64,000 nucleotides of DNA from a virus. Its lineage: Duplodnaviria > Caudoviricetes. The stretch covers positions 32,001-96,000 of the IMG/VR virus record IMGVR_UViG_2974613666_000001. One strand, 5' to 3'. The notes beneath the pieces are model-generated. The model did not search any database and had not been told where the DNA came from. It saw only the letters and a list, made by a program, of their open reading frames with translations. Below are positions 28,201 to 37,780 of this stretch, in pieces (positions within the stretch are counted from its first letter, which is position 1; each line of letters opens with the position of its first letter). The translations under genes and the position numbers were made by a program.

Positions 28201-29742
28201 GGTACAGGTATTGCGCCTAATAAGTTACCTAAGCAGTTCACACCTCCCGATAGCTGGGGGAAAGGTGCTGATGTTAAATCTGAAGCTGGTAAGGAAGTTA
28301 AAACACAGGCATCTAAAACAAGCACTGGAGGCAAGCCAACAGTAGCTACTCTACAAAAGCAATATGCCGATGTGGGATTAACATTTGAAAAAGATCAGGA
28401 TAACAACAGATATCCGTACAAAGTTACTAATGCTGATGGGAAGTTTAACAGGTATAAGACTCTATCTGAGGCTAGGGAAGCATTACCAAAATTAGCTGAA
28501 ACAGAGAAGACTAGAGCATCTAAAACAAGTGTGACTAGCAGCAAATACGAAGTGGAAGATTTTGAGGCAGCAGAGGGAGTTGCTAAATTGGAGAGTGATC
28601 TTAGGATGGCGGATGGTATGCTAAAAGCCATTAAAGAAACTATCACAGCACTGGACGATGAATTAAAGGATGTTAAGGGTAGTAAGCGTAACAGCTATAC
28701 CGTAAGTGGGTTATCCGGTAAGAAAAAACTCACTAAGGAACAAATGATATCCTCCATATTAGATAAACAAGAGGATTATAAAAATATGATTCAGCAAGCG
28801 GAGGATAGGAGGAAAAAAACTAAAGATGGTTTGAGTAAAGTACCAGAAGATGCAACTAAAGCATACAACTACCTATACAAGAGAGTAGACCCAGATAGTA
28901 TAACCTCTGAATATGGCTTAATAGAAGCTGGTAAGAAACGCGGTTTTAAAGTAGGTAAAAGGTTTGGCAACTACATCATTGACCAAAACAAATACGATAG
29001 TGATTACAAACTACCTACAAAACTAGGGTCTGATTTGGAAGAAGCCGTTTACGGACTAAACACAGCTATTGCGAGAGGTGAATTTGTAAAATCCTTAAAC
29101 ACTTCACCGGACATCGAAGTATCTATGCAGGGCGAGAGTTATACGGTTTTAAATAAGAAGACAGGTGAGGAGCAAAGATTTGAGTTCTATAGAGGATTTG
29201 AGGATGTCAAAAAAGCTGTAGACTCTTTCTCAAACACTCAAAATAAACAAAACAGCACCGTAAGCAACATCAAAGGTTTAGAAGAGCGAAACAAACAGAA
29301 ACTAGCGAAGTCAAGTGCATCGGAAGCGCGATCGCTCGTAGAAAACCTAACTAACGCTCAGGACGTACTCAAAAAACTAGACGAGTATGAACTGGTGGAA
29401 GGTTCTAAAAGGAATCGTTGGTTTAGTCCAGACCCCAAGGATGATGTTATGGACGATGAAGACTACAACGACGCTGTAAAATCAGCCCAAAATGAACTCA
29501 AGGACACCTACACCCGCTTGTTACCATCAACCAAAATCAAAGGGCTACAACCAGATTTACTTGGTGGTGACATGACTGCGATCGTTTCTCTCCCTGGTGG
29601 TGGTACTGAGGTGTGGAATACTTCTAAGGTCAAACCTGCTAAGGATGTTCCTAGCTTGCAGGATAAGGAAAGTGGGTTGTATGTCTATCCCACGTTGCCT
29701 GTGCAGGAGAAGGTTGAGAGTAAACCCAAAAAACGAACCTAG
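25210..29742 (+). CDS. Giant Lys/Glu/Asp-rich protein, probably virion-internal or polyvalent; probably extends to 29992 via a +1 shift
   Basis: 1510-aa ORF with a Cys cluster (CSEGSKTC..YCINKNFKC) and modular low-complexity segments. Confidence 0.7.
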   Translation: MSLSHLFHNLREYTIGKNGIETANLLTPSKTIAAIRKCEENQLEFAEFMESEQDYKRLGLELKSVLENVYGDTIDGFEGVKVSNGEIKGFFFSNLSPTLVKKFQFTASPQGIYFELINANEINNANVSFQEAGLYANDVVDFATAAGDKKKRVIKNCSEGSKTCHGADGKTKYCINKNFKCATERKATPAERKSRTVKPSPEDAAKLEKIVQRGEVAAEKFTKARVSKDKLAKLDQQLRDELSTGGEVDVLKLQRKLKYPATTYGNDPLNNPVNRLLADMRTKGELEANESGDKVKLSKSDKSSETINSKTAKNQESAKGSDKIADTGKTKGKAVLESKSKTIKEAEIAHKKISDDIAAKTRKFGIDEIFKDDYLFNPTGMEVLIRKDAKFIPAKVVSLQTSYKDNLNKATPTGRLVVETQDGTRALRMSNGILDSKKVSADDLKEMNALAKQQSEAMVTLKKSDEDYYYTKNLNALDTLKTQQVELLDKIAAAKTPAERRSLNKELQATRKEMDALKAGDNKKEEWRKQSEQSYDKAFNGEKFSYDTKEGKIIAKYVQGRDGVNYLKMYKDDSDNPFQSPIMNRSELSNFIDGLHNPKIQDASGFNSTPVFDKKGTRKEMEDLKVGGDRGGEGKEVAKKVPQSEKSYEQIAQEREGADLTYRQAKDAPKGGAVNQNYGNSQATIADALNRKVFGVGNGEKIYNWAKKHDVDLFKLQMDANNDFSISTDGKRSADNRALMDAVVMGKPFKKTAPTVKTKPEPEPEPVAETKPRKVGNSEVGSVYDGDKRLEHHVSINGKSEHLFSVLGKDKYGEFKDQLAELQKKNNYDLSKYEPELDKLVDGFIADKQNPEPVVRGTANTSKAGVPTYTRDRTPAEVDEYNQHLDKVAKGLKAVKGEVALAFRTRGGGTVTKSVKATVYGESGLAYAPKTDAMGEEGFSTLSALVHAASGLKIIEVSTAKEAKRLSGLLADSGIDFSNPDLTTDADVAYKLRAIVKGTGIAPNKLPKQFTPPDSWGKGADVKSEAGKEVKTQASKTSTGGKPTVATLQKQYADVGLTFEKDQDNNRYPYKVTNADGKFNRYKTLSEAREALPKLAETEKTRASKTSVTSSKYEVEDFEAAEGVAKLESDLRMADGMLKAIKETITALDDELKDVKGSKRNSYTVSGLSGKKKLTKEQMISSILDKQEDYKNMIQQAEDRRKKTKDGLSKVPEDATKAYNYLYKRVDPDSITSEYGLIEAGKKRGFKVGKRFGNYIIDQNKYDSDYKLPTKLGSDLEEAVYGLNTAIARGEFVKSLNTSPDIEVSMQGESYTVLNKKTGEEQRFEFYRGFEDVKKAVDSFSNTQNKQNSTVSNIKGLEERNKQKLAKSSASEARSLVENLTNAQDVLKKLDEYELVEGSKRNRWFSPDPKDDVMDDEDYNDAVKSAQNELKDTYTRLLPSTKIKGLQPDLLGGDMTAIVSLPGGGTEVWNTSKVKPAKDVPSLQDKESGLYVYPTLPVQEKVESKPKKRT
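27784..27882 (+). repeat. Exact 99-nt repeat, copy 1 (copy 2 at 30095-30193)
   Basis: GCTAACACTTCTAAAGCAGG...GTTGCTAAGGGG is identical in both places and diverges on both sides. Confidence 0.9.
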
Positions 29743-29995
29743 TACACCAAAAACACCGACTCCCGTAAAAATAGGAAACTTGCAAATAGCTGTAAATCCT
29801 GCCTTACATTCCGAACTTAACCTAGAGTTTGACCCCGTAACAGCGTGGACGATAACAGGTAAGGACGGTCAAAAAGTTAGGGAATCTATAAAGCTTGATA
29901 AGACTCAACCAATTGTGAGGTTTAAAACCAAAGACGCTGCTGAAAGGTTTGCTCAGAAAATTCTTAAGTCTGCTGAAAAGTTAAATGTCTAGTTA

Positions 29996-30094
29996 GGGGT
30001 TTGTAACTGTTCGGTAATTTCTACCTATAACTAGACAAACCTAACGGAACGTCCATATAATTAACTCAGTCAAGTAAAGGAGTTAATTATATGG
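29996..30094 (+). repeat. Exact 99-nt repeat of the IS607 left end (other copy at 33015-33113)
   Basis: GGGGTTTGTAACTGTTCGG...GTTAATTATATGG is identical in both places. Confidence 0.9.
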
Positions 30095-30151
30095 GCTAAC
30101 ACTTCTAAAGCAGGAGTTCCAACTTACACACGCGATCGCACCCCCGCAGAA

Positions 30152-33025
30152 GTGGATGAGTACAACCAGCACTTAGATAAGGTTGCTAAGGGGTTGAGAG
30201 CGGTTAAGGGTGAAGTGTCTATTCCCGTTTCTGAGTGGGGTAAAGGAGTATCTACAAAGACAGTTCCTGCGACTATTTATGGTGGAACTGGGTTAGCATT
30301 TACAACCAATAACTTTACCTATACATCACCGTCGTCCGGTAAAACAGAAGAGTTTGTTACCAAGACACTAACCCATGTCCCCACAGGTATGAAGATCCTT
30401 GATGTCAGCAGTGAGAAACAGGCAAGGAAGCTAGTAGCACTTTTAGCAGAAAGCGGTGTAGATTTAACCAGCCCCGATTTGAATAAAGACGGGGATACCT
30501 TATCCAAGCTGGTGAAGATTATAAAGGGATCTGGTGTGACCCCACAAACAGGTATACCTAAGAAATTGAATGCTCCTGATAGCTGGGGGAGTTCAACAGC
30601 CAGCAAACCAACCCCAGATGTAACAAAAGATAGTGTAAAGCAAACTACTAGAGCAACACCAAAACCAGACGTATCAGAGGCTAGCCCATCAAAAGATGAG
30701 ATTAAACAAAAGCAGTCAGATGTGTTAGAAAAATACTCTGCTAAAACTAAAAAACCTGACTCAGTAAGAGAACTAATAGATAGCCTGGATCTAGGTACTG
30801 GTAAAGCCAACGAAGCAAAATCTTTTCTAAAACGTAATCTAGAGAACAAGATTGAAAGGAAGTCTATCACTGAGGAAGATTTTAATAACGCCTTTAGCAA
30901 CAGTTCCAACTTCATCCCAGAAGCAGATAGAAAAGCTGTAAAAGAGCAGTTCATCAAAGGTTTCTCAGATATTGGTGTTTCAATCGTCAAGTCTGCTATG
31001 AGTGACAAGCAGGTGAAGTTGTCCGATGCAAAAGCTCTCATAGTACAGGCTAATAATCTCAGAGAGCTAGGTAATTCATCTGAAGCAGAGAAATTAGAGT
31101 CTGAAGCTAAAAGGCTTAGAACAGAAGCTAGACAAGTACAAGAACCTGAGAAGAAAACCAAACCAACCACCAACGAAGACAGGAATAAGGAAATTAAGGT
31201 AGCAGATAAAGAAACCAAACCCACAACTACTGAAGATATTAAAAAAGCCAAAGTAGTCGCTGATCTAGAGCTTCAGAAGTTGCAAGATGAGAGCAATATC
31301 AGTAATTTTCAAGACCAGATAGCTAAACTTGATGGTGAGCTAAAGGAAGTCCAGGAAAGCAAACGCAATAGTTATACTGAAAAAGGTCTGAACAAGCGCA
31401 AGCTCAACAAAAAAGAGAAAATAGCAGATATTCTCGAAAAGAAGGAGTTTTTCAAAACTGCCACTGAATCAGCAAACAAGCGGTTAGCTAAAATCGCTGA
31501 TGATTTAGATAACACACCAAAAGAAGCTAAGGACGCTTACAATTCTCTTTACAGAAGCATAGATCCAACGGCTATAAAATCATTTGAAAATTTAGCAGAG
31601 GCGGGTAATAGGTTCGGTATGCTCATTGACAGAATGGGTGGAGATTATGTTATTAGAAGGCAACCAGCAGGTAGTAATATTTACGTACAGCCGACAACAT
31701 TAGGTAGTGACCTCACAAGAGCTACCAACAGACTAAATGAAGAATTAGCTAGGGATAAGTTCATAAAATCTCTGAATACATCTCCTGATATCAAAGTCAG
31801 CGTAGCTGGTGGTGATTATGTAGTAGAGGATAAGAGAACGGGTAAAAAAGACCGATACTCACATTACAAAGATTTTGAGGATATTGAAAATGCTGTTAAC
31901 ACTTTGAAAAAACAACAAAGTAGACAAGACAGCACAATAAGTAATGTCAAAGGTTTAGAGGAGCGCAATAAACAGAAACTAGCAAAATCCAGTACATCTG
32001 AGGCACGATCGCTCGTAACCAACTTAACTAATGCACGGGAGACACTTAAAGAGCTAGGTAATTACAAGCGTGATAAAGATGGAAGTTGGTATTCTCCCGA
32101 CTATGAGGATTTTAAACAAGACAAAGAATACAGTGATGATATTAAGTCAGCACAGAACGAAATTAAGGACACCTACACCCGATTACTACCATCAACCAAA
32201 ATCAAAGGACTGCAACCAGATTTACTTGGTGGTGACATGACTGCGATCATTTCTCTCCCAGGTGGTGGTACTGAGGTGTGGAACACTTCAAAGGTCAAAC
32301 CTGCTAAGGATGTACCTAGCTTGCAAGATAAGGAAAGTGGTCTGTATGTTTATCCCACGTTGCCGGGGCAGGAAGGTAAGGTTGAAAGCAAGCAGGAAAG
32401 TAAGGGTAAGTCTGAACCTGCGGCTAAAACAGAAACTAAACCAAACAAGAAGTTAAGCGACTTTCAGACCAAACTAAGTGCTGCAAAACCCTCAGAACAG
32501 TCTGATATGTATTTTGAAGCTAAAAAAGAAATATCTGATTATGATGACAGGTTAGCCAATCCAAAAAAATCAATAATGAAGCGAGGTAATAAGTATTTTC
32601 TCACTGATGGACAAGGAGATCCAATAGGCGAGGGCTACAGAACCCAAAAAGAAGCTGTTGCACTAGAAATAGAAGCTACTAACCAGAAACGGGATGAAGC
32701 AATAGATAAGATGAAAGAGGCTTACAAAGCTGTACAACCATCAACAGATTTAGGCAAAATTAGCCGTGAGTTCAGGGATAGTAGAGATAATCAAGGCAAC
32801 TTCATAGGTGAAATTAAGTTCCCCAACGGTAAAGTAGAGAAAGTACCAGCAACAACAGCAGCGCCTACAGCAAGACTGGGTGAAGATTTACCTTACCACG
32901 AGGATACCGTTATGGAGAGATTTATTTACCCTCGGTTCCCTGCTAAATCTAAACCTGATAAAGAGGAAGAAATGATGGCAGGGGCTTCTAACTCAGCAGC
33001 TAGTCCTCGTAGTGGGGGTTTGTAA
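30152..33025 (+). CDS. Alternative C-terminal allele of the giant protein, lacking the N-terminus
   Basis: Colinear homology with the C-terminal ~650 aa of 25210-29742 (e.g. DTYTRLLPSTKIKGLQPDLLGGDMTAI), plus allele-specific segments. Confidence 0.65.
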   Translation: MDEYNQHLDKVAKGLRAVKGEVSIPVSEWGKGVSTKTVPATIYGGTGLAFTTNNFTYTSPSSGKTEEFVTKTLTHVPTGMKILDVSSEKQARKLVALLAESGVDLTSPDLNKDGDTLSKLVKIIKGSGVTPQTGIPKKLNAPDSWGSSTASKPTPDVTKDSVKQTTRATPKPDVSEASPSKDEIKQKQSDVLEKYSAKTKKPDSVRELIDSLDLGTGKANEAKSFLKRNLENKIERKSITEEDFNNAFSNSSNFIPEADRKAVKEQFIKGFSDIGVSIVKSAMSDKQVKLSDAKALIVQANNLRELGNSSEAEKLESEAKRLRTEARQVQEPEKKTKPTTNEDRNKEIKVADKETKPTTTEDIKKAKVVADLELQKLQDESNISNFQDQIAKLDGELKEVQESKRNSYTEKGLNKRKLNKKEKIADILEKKEFFKTATESANKRLAKIADDLDNTPKEAKDAYNSLYRSIDPTAIKSFENLAEAGNRFGMLIDRMGGDYVIRRQPAGSNIYVQPTTLGSDLTRATNRLNEELARDKFIKSLNTSPDIKVSVAGGDYVVEDKRTGKKDRYSHYKDFEDIENAVNTLKKQQSRQDSTISNVKGLEERNKQKLAKSSTSEARSLVTNLTNARETLKELGNYKRDKDGSWYSPDYEDFKQDKEYSDDIKSAQNEIKDTYTRLLPSTKIKGLQPDLLGGDMTAIISLPGGGTEVWNTSKVKPAKDVPSLQDKESGLYVYPTLPGQEGKVESKQESKGKSEPAAKTETKPNKKLSDFQTKLSAAKPSEQSDMYFEAKKEISDYDDRLANPKKSIMKRGNKYFLTDGQGDPIGEGYRTQKEAVALEIEATNQKRDEAIDKMKEAYKAVQPSTDLGKISREFRDSRDNQGNFIGEIKFPNGKVEKVPATTAAPTARLGEDLPYHEDTVMERFIYPRFPAKSKPDKEEEMMAGASNSAASPRSGGL

Positions 33026-33109
33026 CTGTTCGGTAATTTCTACCTATAACTAGACAAACCTAACGGAACGTCCATATAATTAACTCAGTCAAGTAAAGGA
33101 GTTAATTAT

Positions 33110-33748
33110 ATGGAAAACCACGAAGTGATGATTTCAATAGGAGATACTGCTAAAGAACTTGGTGTTTCGGTAAAAACAATTCGCAGATGGGCAAATGCTG
33201 GCAAATTGCGCTTTGAGCGCAGCCCATCAGGTCATAGAAGATTTTTTCTTGCGGATATAAAACGGATAACACCGAGAGATTTTAACAAGCTAGAAGACCG
33301 TGTAACGATTAACTACGCTCGCGTTTCTAGTCATGACCAAAAAGATGATTTAACCCGGCAAATACAAGTATTAGAAGCTTTTAGTGGTACTAATGGCTGG
33401 CAGTTTGAAACTATTCAGGATTTAGGGTCTGGACTCAACTACAACAAAAAAGGACTTCAAAAATTGCTTAAGCGCATCATGAAAGGCGATGTTGGTCGAT
33501 TGGTGGTGACTCATAAAGATAGATTGCTCAGATTTGGCTCAGAACTTGTCTTTGCAATGTGTGAGGAGTACGAGACTGAGGTAGTAATTATCAACAAATC
33601 TGCTGAAGAGATAACATTTGAGCAAGAGCTAGTCACGGACATGATTGAGTTAATCACTGTGTTTTCGGCACGTTTGTATGGTTCTCGGAGTCGCAAAAAT
33701 AAGAAACTTTTAGATAACGTAGCTAAAGCTGTGCAAGAATCTTCCTAA
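33110..33748 (+). CDS. tnpA: IS607 transposase (MerR-like HTH + serine recombinase)
   Basis: AKELGVSVKTIRRW, YARVSS, DLGSGL, HKDRLLRFG and FSARLYGSRS motifs. Confidence 0.95.
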   Translation: MENHEVMISIGDTAKELGVSVKTIRRWANAGKLRFERSPSGHRRFFLADIKRITPRDFNKLEDRVTINYARVSSHDQKDDLTRQIQVLEAFSGTNGWQFETIQDLGSGLNYNKKGLQKLLKRIMKGDVGRLVVTHKDRLLRFGSELVFAMCEEYETEVVIINKSAEEITFEQELVTDMIELITVFSARLYGSRSRKNKKLLDNVAKAVQESS

Positions 33749-33750
33749 AT

Positions 33751-35073
33751 ATGTTGACATGGGGTAGATTTGGGTATATATTTAAGAAGTCACCAAAACA
33801 TTGTGAGGTCGAAACAGTGCTGCTTTCCTTTAAAACAAGTCTAATCCCAAATAAAAAACAGGTAACTGCTTTTCGTAAAGCCTCTGGTGTTGCTAGACAC
33901 GCCTATAACTGGGCTAACGCTCAAATACAAGATGCTCTAGCTAATAAAGTTGAAGGAGAGAAACTTAAGGTTCCCAGTTCTATCGACTTGCATAAAAAGC
34001 TAGTTGCCGAAGTTAAACTGGAAAACGCTTGGTACTACGAAGTTAATAAGAACACCCCTCAAAAAGCTTTAGCTGATTTGCGGCAAGCATGGGATAGATG
34101 TTTTAAAAAGACTTCAAAACAACCAAGATTTAAAAAGAAAGGTCAACGAGATTCATTCTATCTAGAGTCAGGCACTAAAGCCAAACCAATGATTAAGAAT
34201 GACGGTAAGAGAATCAAATTACCCTCTATTGGTTGGGTAAGATTAGCCGAGCCTTTACCAATTACAGCAATTCATAATTGCGTTATTTCAAGGCAAGCTG
34301 GTAGATGGTTTATCGCTATTAAATATGAAGTTGAACAGCCAAGTGTTACTAGCGACAGACCGACTATTGGTGTTGATATTGGAATCAAAGAATTAGCTGT
34401 TTGCAGTAATGGCAAAGTGTTCTCTAACCCTAAAGCATACCGACGTATGAGCAAGCGTATGAAGCGTTTGCAGCGTAGTGTAAGCAAAAAAGATAAAGGT
34501 TCTAAAAATCGTAACAAAGCGATTAAAAAACTTGCTAAATTACACGCTAAAGTGTCAAACATCCGTAAAGATTCAATTCACAAATTGACTCACTATCTAG
34601 CTAAAAACCACAGCATTATAAAGATAGAGGATTTACACGTTAAAGCGTTTTTGAAGAATCATAAATTAGCAGGTGCGATTGCTGATTGTGGAATGTATGA
34701 GTTTAAACGTCAGTTGGAGTATAAGACAGAGAAATTTCAAAGTCAGTTAATATTAGTTGACCGATTTTTTCCTAGTTCACAAACTTGTTCTAACTGTGGA
34801 AATCATCGCCATAGAATGCCATTGAAAAACCGCATCTATGTTTGTCCCGATTGTGGTCATACAGAAGACAGAGATTTGAATGCAGCTAAGAATATAGACC
34901 GATGGTTTGAGAATATTTTTATTCCTGAACGGTCAGAAATGGTGAGTTCCACCAAGATAGCCTGTGGAGTAGAAAAACCGCTTAGAAGTCATTCTAAGAC
35001 TACTGTGAAGCAGGAAGTAAGCGCTAAAACTACTGATGTCCAGATAAGTCTAGATTTAAGTAGTTTTGGGTAA
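33751..35073 (+). CDS. tnpB: IS607 TnpB nuclease (likely start near 33817)
   Basis: GVDIG, IEDL, CSNC..CPDC and DRDLNAA motifs. Confidence 0.95.
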   Translation: MLTWGRFGYIFKKSPKHCEVETVLLSFKTSLIPNKKQVTAFRKASGVARHAYNWANAQIQDALANKVEGEKLKVPSSIDLHKKLVAEVKLENAWYYEVNKNTPQKALADLRQAWDRCFKKTSKQPRFKKKGQRDSFYLESGTKAKPMIKNDGKRIKLPSIGWVRLAEPLPITAIHNCVISRQAGRWFIAIKYEVEQPSVTSDRPTIGVDIGIKELAVCSNGKVFSNPKAYRRMSKRMKRLQRSVSKKDKGSKNRNKAIKKLAKLHAKVSNIRKDSIHKLTHYLAKNHSIIKIEDLHVKAFLKNHKLAGAIADCGMYEFKRQLEYKTEKFQSQLILVDRFFPSSQTCSNCGNHRHRMPLKNRIYVCPDCGHTEDRDLNAAKNIDRWFENIFIPERSEMVSSTKIACGVEKPLRSHSKTTVKQEVSAKTTDVQISLDLSSFG

Positions 35074-35191
35074 GTTTTATAGAACGGCTACTAATTACAT
35101 CTAAATAATCTCGACATCTCATGTATATCACTTATCTGAGATGTTTCTGCTGTTTCAAAAATCTGCTATGATATAGAACTACCAGCATGAA

Positions 35192-36088
35192 ATGGAGTGC
35201 GACAACACCCCAGATCATTTAACTTTCGCTGGTGAGTCCCTTAACAAGTTGAAACACAAGGAACCTATGACAAGTTTAACATTTTCAAAAGAACTCGCTC
35301 AAAGATTACTCGACTCAGACGAAGAATACCCTCTAACTTTAGATTTTGCTTGGCGATGCTTAGGTTACGCCTCTAAACAAAAAGCTAAGGACAAGTTAAC
35401 AAGAAACTTCGATAGAGGTGTTGACTACATCCTCAACCAAATGGTTGAAAATACTGCTGCACAAGGATCACAGACAGCAGGTCGTTTGTCTGAAGACTTG
35501 AGACTAACAGTTGAGTGTTTCAAATCTCTAGGAATGATGGCAGGTACAGAACAAGGTAAAACTGTCAGAAAATACTTCCTTGAATGTGAGAAGGTAGCCT
35601 GGAAAGCCTATAAAGAAAGTCAGCACCAGCCGCAGGTATACCAACTACCACCAGTGGATCGTAGAGTAAACGACTTGATGAACTCAGTAGCAATGATGGA
35701 TAAGCTACTTGGTTTAAATCCTTATATGCAACAGCAATTCAAGGATTTAATCGGTAATATGTTAACAACAGAGAACCAAAAGTCACTACTAGGAGAGCAA
35801 ACAGACTTCAGAGGAATTGTTGCACTAGCTGAGGACTTAGGTTTTAAAGTCTCAATTAAAGGCGACAAATGCAGAACTAATCTTGGCAAATTCATTAAAA
35901 TAGCTGCGCCGCATCTCGCCAATAAGAAAGAGAAAAGACTGTGCAACGAGACTCAACGACCAATATATGTTTACCCGTTGCATATTCCAGAAGTTAAGCA
36001 AGAGTTAACAGCATTGGTTTACGAGTTCTTTGAGGTTGCACCAATAACTAAGACCTTACCTATGAGACAGGTAGAATATCTGAACTAA
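35192..36088 (+). CDS. AntA/AntB-type antirepressor-like protein (likely start at 35267)
   Basis: AWRCLGY..KQKAK..L.RNF..GVDY, LTVECFKSLGMMAGTEQGKTVRKYFLECEK. Confidence 0.8.
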   Translation: MECDNTPDHLTFAGESLNKLKHKEPMTSLTFSKELAQRLLDSDEEYPLTLDFAWRCLGYASKQKAKDKLTRNFDRGVDYILNQMVENTAAQGSQTAGRLSEDLRLTVECFKSLGMMAGTEQGKTVRKYFLECEKVAWKAYKESQHQPQVYQLPPVDRRVNDLMNSVAMMDKLLGLNPYMQQQFKDLIGNMLTTENQKSLLGEQTDFRGIVALAEDLGFKVSIKGDKCRTNLGKFIKIAAPHLANKKEKRLCNETQRPIYVYPLHIPEVKQELTALVYEFFEVAPITKTLPMRQVEYLN

Positions 36089-36320
36089 CAAGCACATAAC
36101 CAGCACTTAACCTCATACAACCAATAAACCCCAAAAGCCTAGCAGACAACAATGATCGCTGGGCTTTTATCATATTCTAACTAAGTATAAAGAGTTGATA
36201 ACAGTATATAAAATATTACCTACCAAATCTTAAAAAGTGTGATAAATTAATATAATAGATATATTGCAATTTTTACCATAATGTGCATCTACCGTATCAC
36301 CACTACAACAGGAGGGGGAT

Positions 36321-36731
36321 ATGTGCTATTTAGAGACGGTACACGATCGCAGTAGAGAACCTGAAATTACAAACTTGCAGGGTGTCACCACTGTACTGGT
36401 AGGCAGATTTGCAGTATCTGATATTGTACTAAGCTACAAGTTTATTTCACGGCTACAGTGCGGTATTGCACTATTCCCATTGAAAAGTCATCCCGTATGG
36501 ATTGTTAAAGATGGATCACTAATTGATGACAAAAGAAACAGTAGTTATGGCACGTATGTGAACGGTTATAAATTAGGTGACATTGAGATACGACAACTAA
36601 AACCAGGAGACTTGATTAGTTTCGCCAATAAAGCCTACCCGCATATTATCTTTAATTGTGAAAAGGAAGATAACAATGAGAAGAACAGCGAAACTTTTGG
36701 GTGCGAATTTCCAGAAGATATTGAGCAATAA
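36321..36731 (+). CDS. FHA domain protein
   Basis: VLVGR, ISRLQC, SSYGTYVNG and LKPGDLISF. Confidence 0.8.
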   Translation: MCYLETVHDRSREPEITNLQGVTTVLVGRFAVSDIVLSYKFISRLQCGIALFPLKSHPVWIVKDGSLIDDKRNSSYGTYVNGYKLGDIEIRQLKPGDLISFANKAYPHIIFNCEKEDNNEKNSETFGCEFPEDIEQ

Positions 36732-37302
36732 AAAGCTCATCATATTTATTAGTATCACCAGTGGTAGTGTTAGTATCTTCTACGTTGTGGGCTATATGCT
36801 GCCAGATTTCAATGCTCGTTTCGGTGCAGCTTTTTCTATATTTTCCACAGCGATAGGGCTATGGGTGAAATCTGATGCGGATCTGAGTAAGAGATGCCGA
36901 GAAACAGAACAGGTCGAAGCAAACTTTAATCAAGAATTAAAAACACTAAAACAAGATATAGTGAAATCTCTGGATAAAGTGCTACTAGAGAGTAATTCTA
37001 AAGATGACTCGCACAGTAAGGATATCAACGCAGCGCTGCGATCAATTGACAGAGTAGAAGTTGCTTTGAACCAACATATAAAGTCAGCAGGACATAGTGA
37101 TACGCGAGTTGCTCTGGCTGATATAAGGGCTGAACTTAGTTTCCTTAAGTTACGGCAGTCACAAATTACCGACGACATAAAGACAAAGCAGAACCTAGAT
37201 ATAGTTACCACGAGTATCAGAGACTTAACAGCACAAGTTAATAGTCTCAAACTCCAGATACAGCAAATAACACCATCTGATTCAGAAGGTGTAAGTGGTT
37301 GA
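36658..37302 (+). CDS. Membrane protein with two TM helices and a coiled coil
   Basis: Two hydrophobic N-terminal segments and a heptad-rich C-terminus. Confidence 0.6.
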   Translation: MKRKITMRRTAKLLGANFQKILSNKKLIIFISITSGSVSIFYVVGYMLPDFNARFGAAFSIFSTAIGLWVKSDADLSKRCRETEQVEANFNQELKTLKQDIVKSLDKVLLESNSKDDSHSKDINAALRSIDRVEVALNQHIKSAGHSDTRVALADIRAELSFLKLRQSQITDDIKTKQNLDIVTTSIRDLTAQVNSLKLQIQQITPSDSEGVSG

Positions 37303-37322
37303 GTATTTGGTTGGTTGTAATA

Positions 37323-37661
37323 TTAAGCGGCTATTGCGGTGAAATTACATTGGTCATTTTCGTTAGTCATGGTGTAGCTCTTAAGAGCAAATTTATAAGC
37401 CATCATGTAGTGACTGAACCTTTCAACCTCAGCGCCATCAACAATGATCACCCAAGGTTCAAAACTGTCACCATCATTAACTAACATGGCTTCTGGTTTA
37501 ACAGGTAATAAGGTTAGCTGAGGTTGGTGGTTAAGGATTGCTGTAACCCAGGTTGCTTTATAGCGTTTATCTCCTTTTGGTGTGATACCAAGTTGAGATG
37601 CGATCGTTTTTAAGGTGCGGAGTTTTTTATGGTTGAGTTGTTTTTCGTTAAATTGTGGCAT
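37323..37661 (-). CDS. Hypothetical protein with a Rho-N/SAP-like helical N-terminus
   Basis: QLNHKKLRTLKTIASQLGITPKGDKRYKATWVTAIL; the start is placed at MPQFNEK. Confidence 0.5.
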   Translation of the reverse strand: MPQFNEKQLNHKKLRTLKTIASQLGITPKGDKRYKATWVTAILNHQPQLTLLPVKPEAMLVNDGDSFEPWVIIVDGAEVERFSHYMMAYKFALKSYTMTNENDQCNFTAIAA

Positions 37662-37780
37662 GATAGTAGAGCCTTTAAATGGGGTGAAGCAGTTGCCAAA
37701 GTTTCCAGCCCAAGCAACTGCTTCTTTATGCCTACTATAATAAACCCTCGGTTTAGGGTTTGCCAAGTAATTGCTAAATG

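Larger units (their letters stand above)
33015..35087 (+). mobile_element. IS607-family element (tnpA + tnpB)
   Basis: Serine-recombinase tnpA plus tnpB. Ends GGTTTGTAACTGTTC... and ...TTTTATAGAACGG; boundaries are approximate. Confidence 0.9.

Noticed and set aside
30319-31251. 310-aa minus-strand ORF and similar antisense ORFs (e.g. 25914-26321, 28395-28646)
   Set aside because: These are shadow ORFs opposite Lys/Glu-rich genes, with Ser/Leu/Phe-rich composition.
27784-33113. Genuine IS607-mediated tandem duplication of the giant gene
   Set aside because: Both shared ends are exactly 99 nt and abut at 30094/30095, which is the signature of concatenated assembly-bubble branches. Not accepted without junction-spanning reads.
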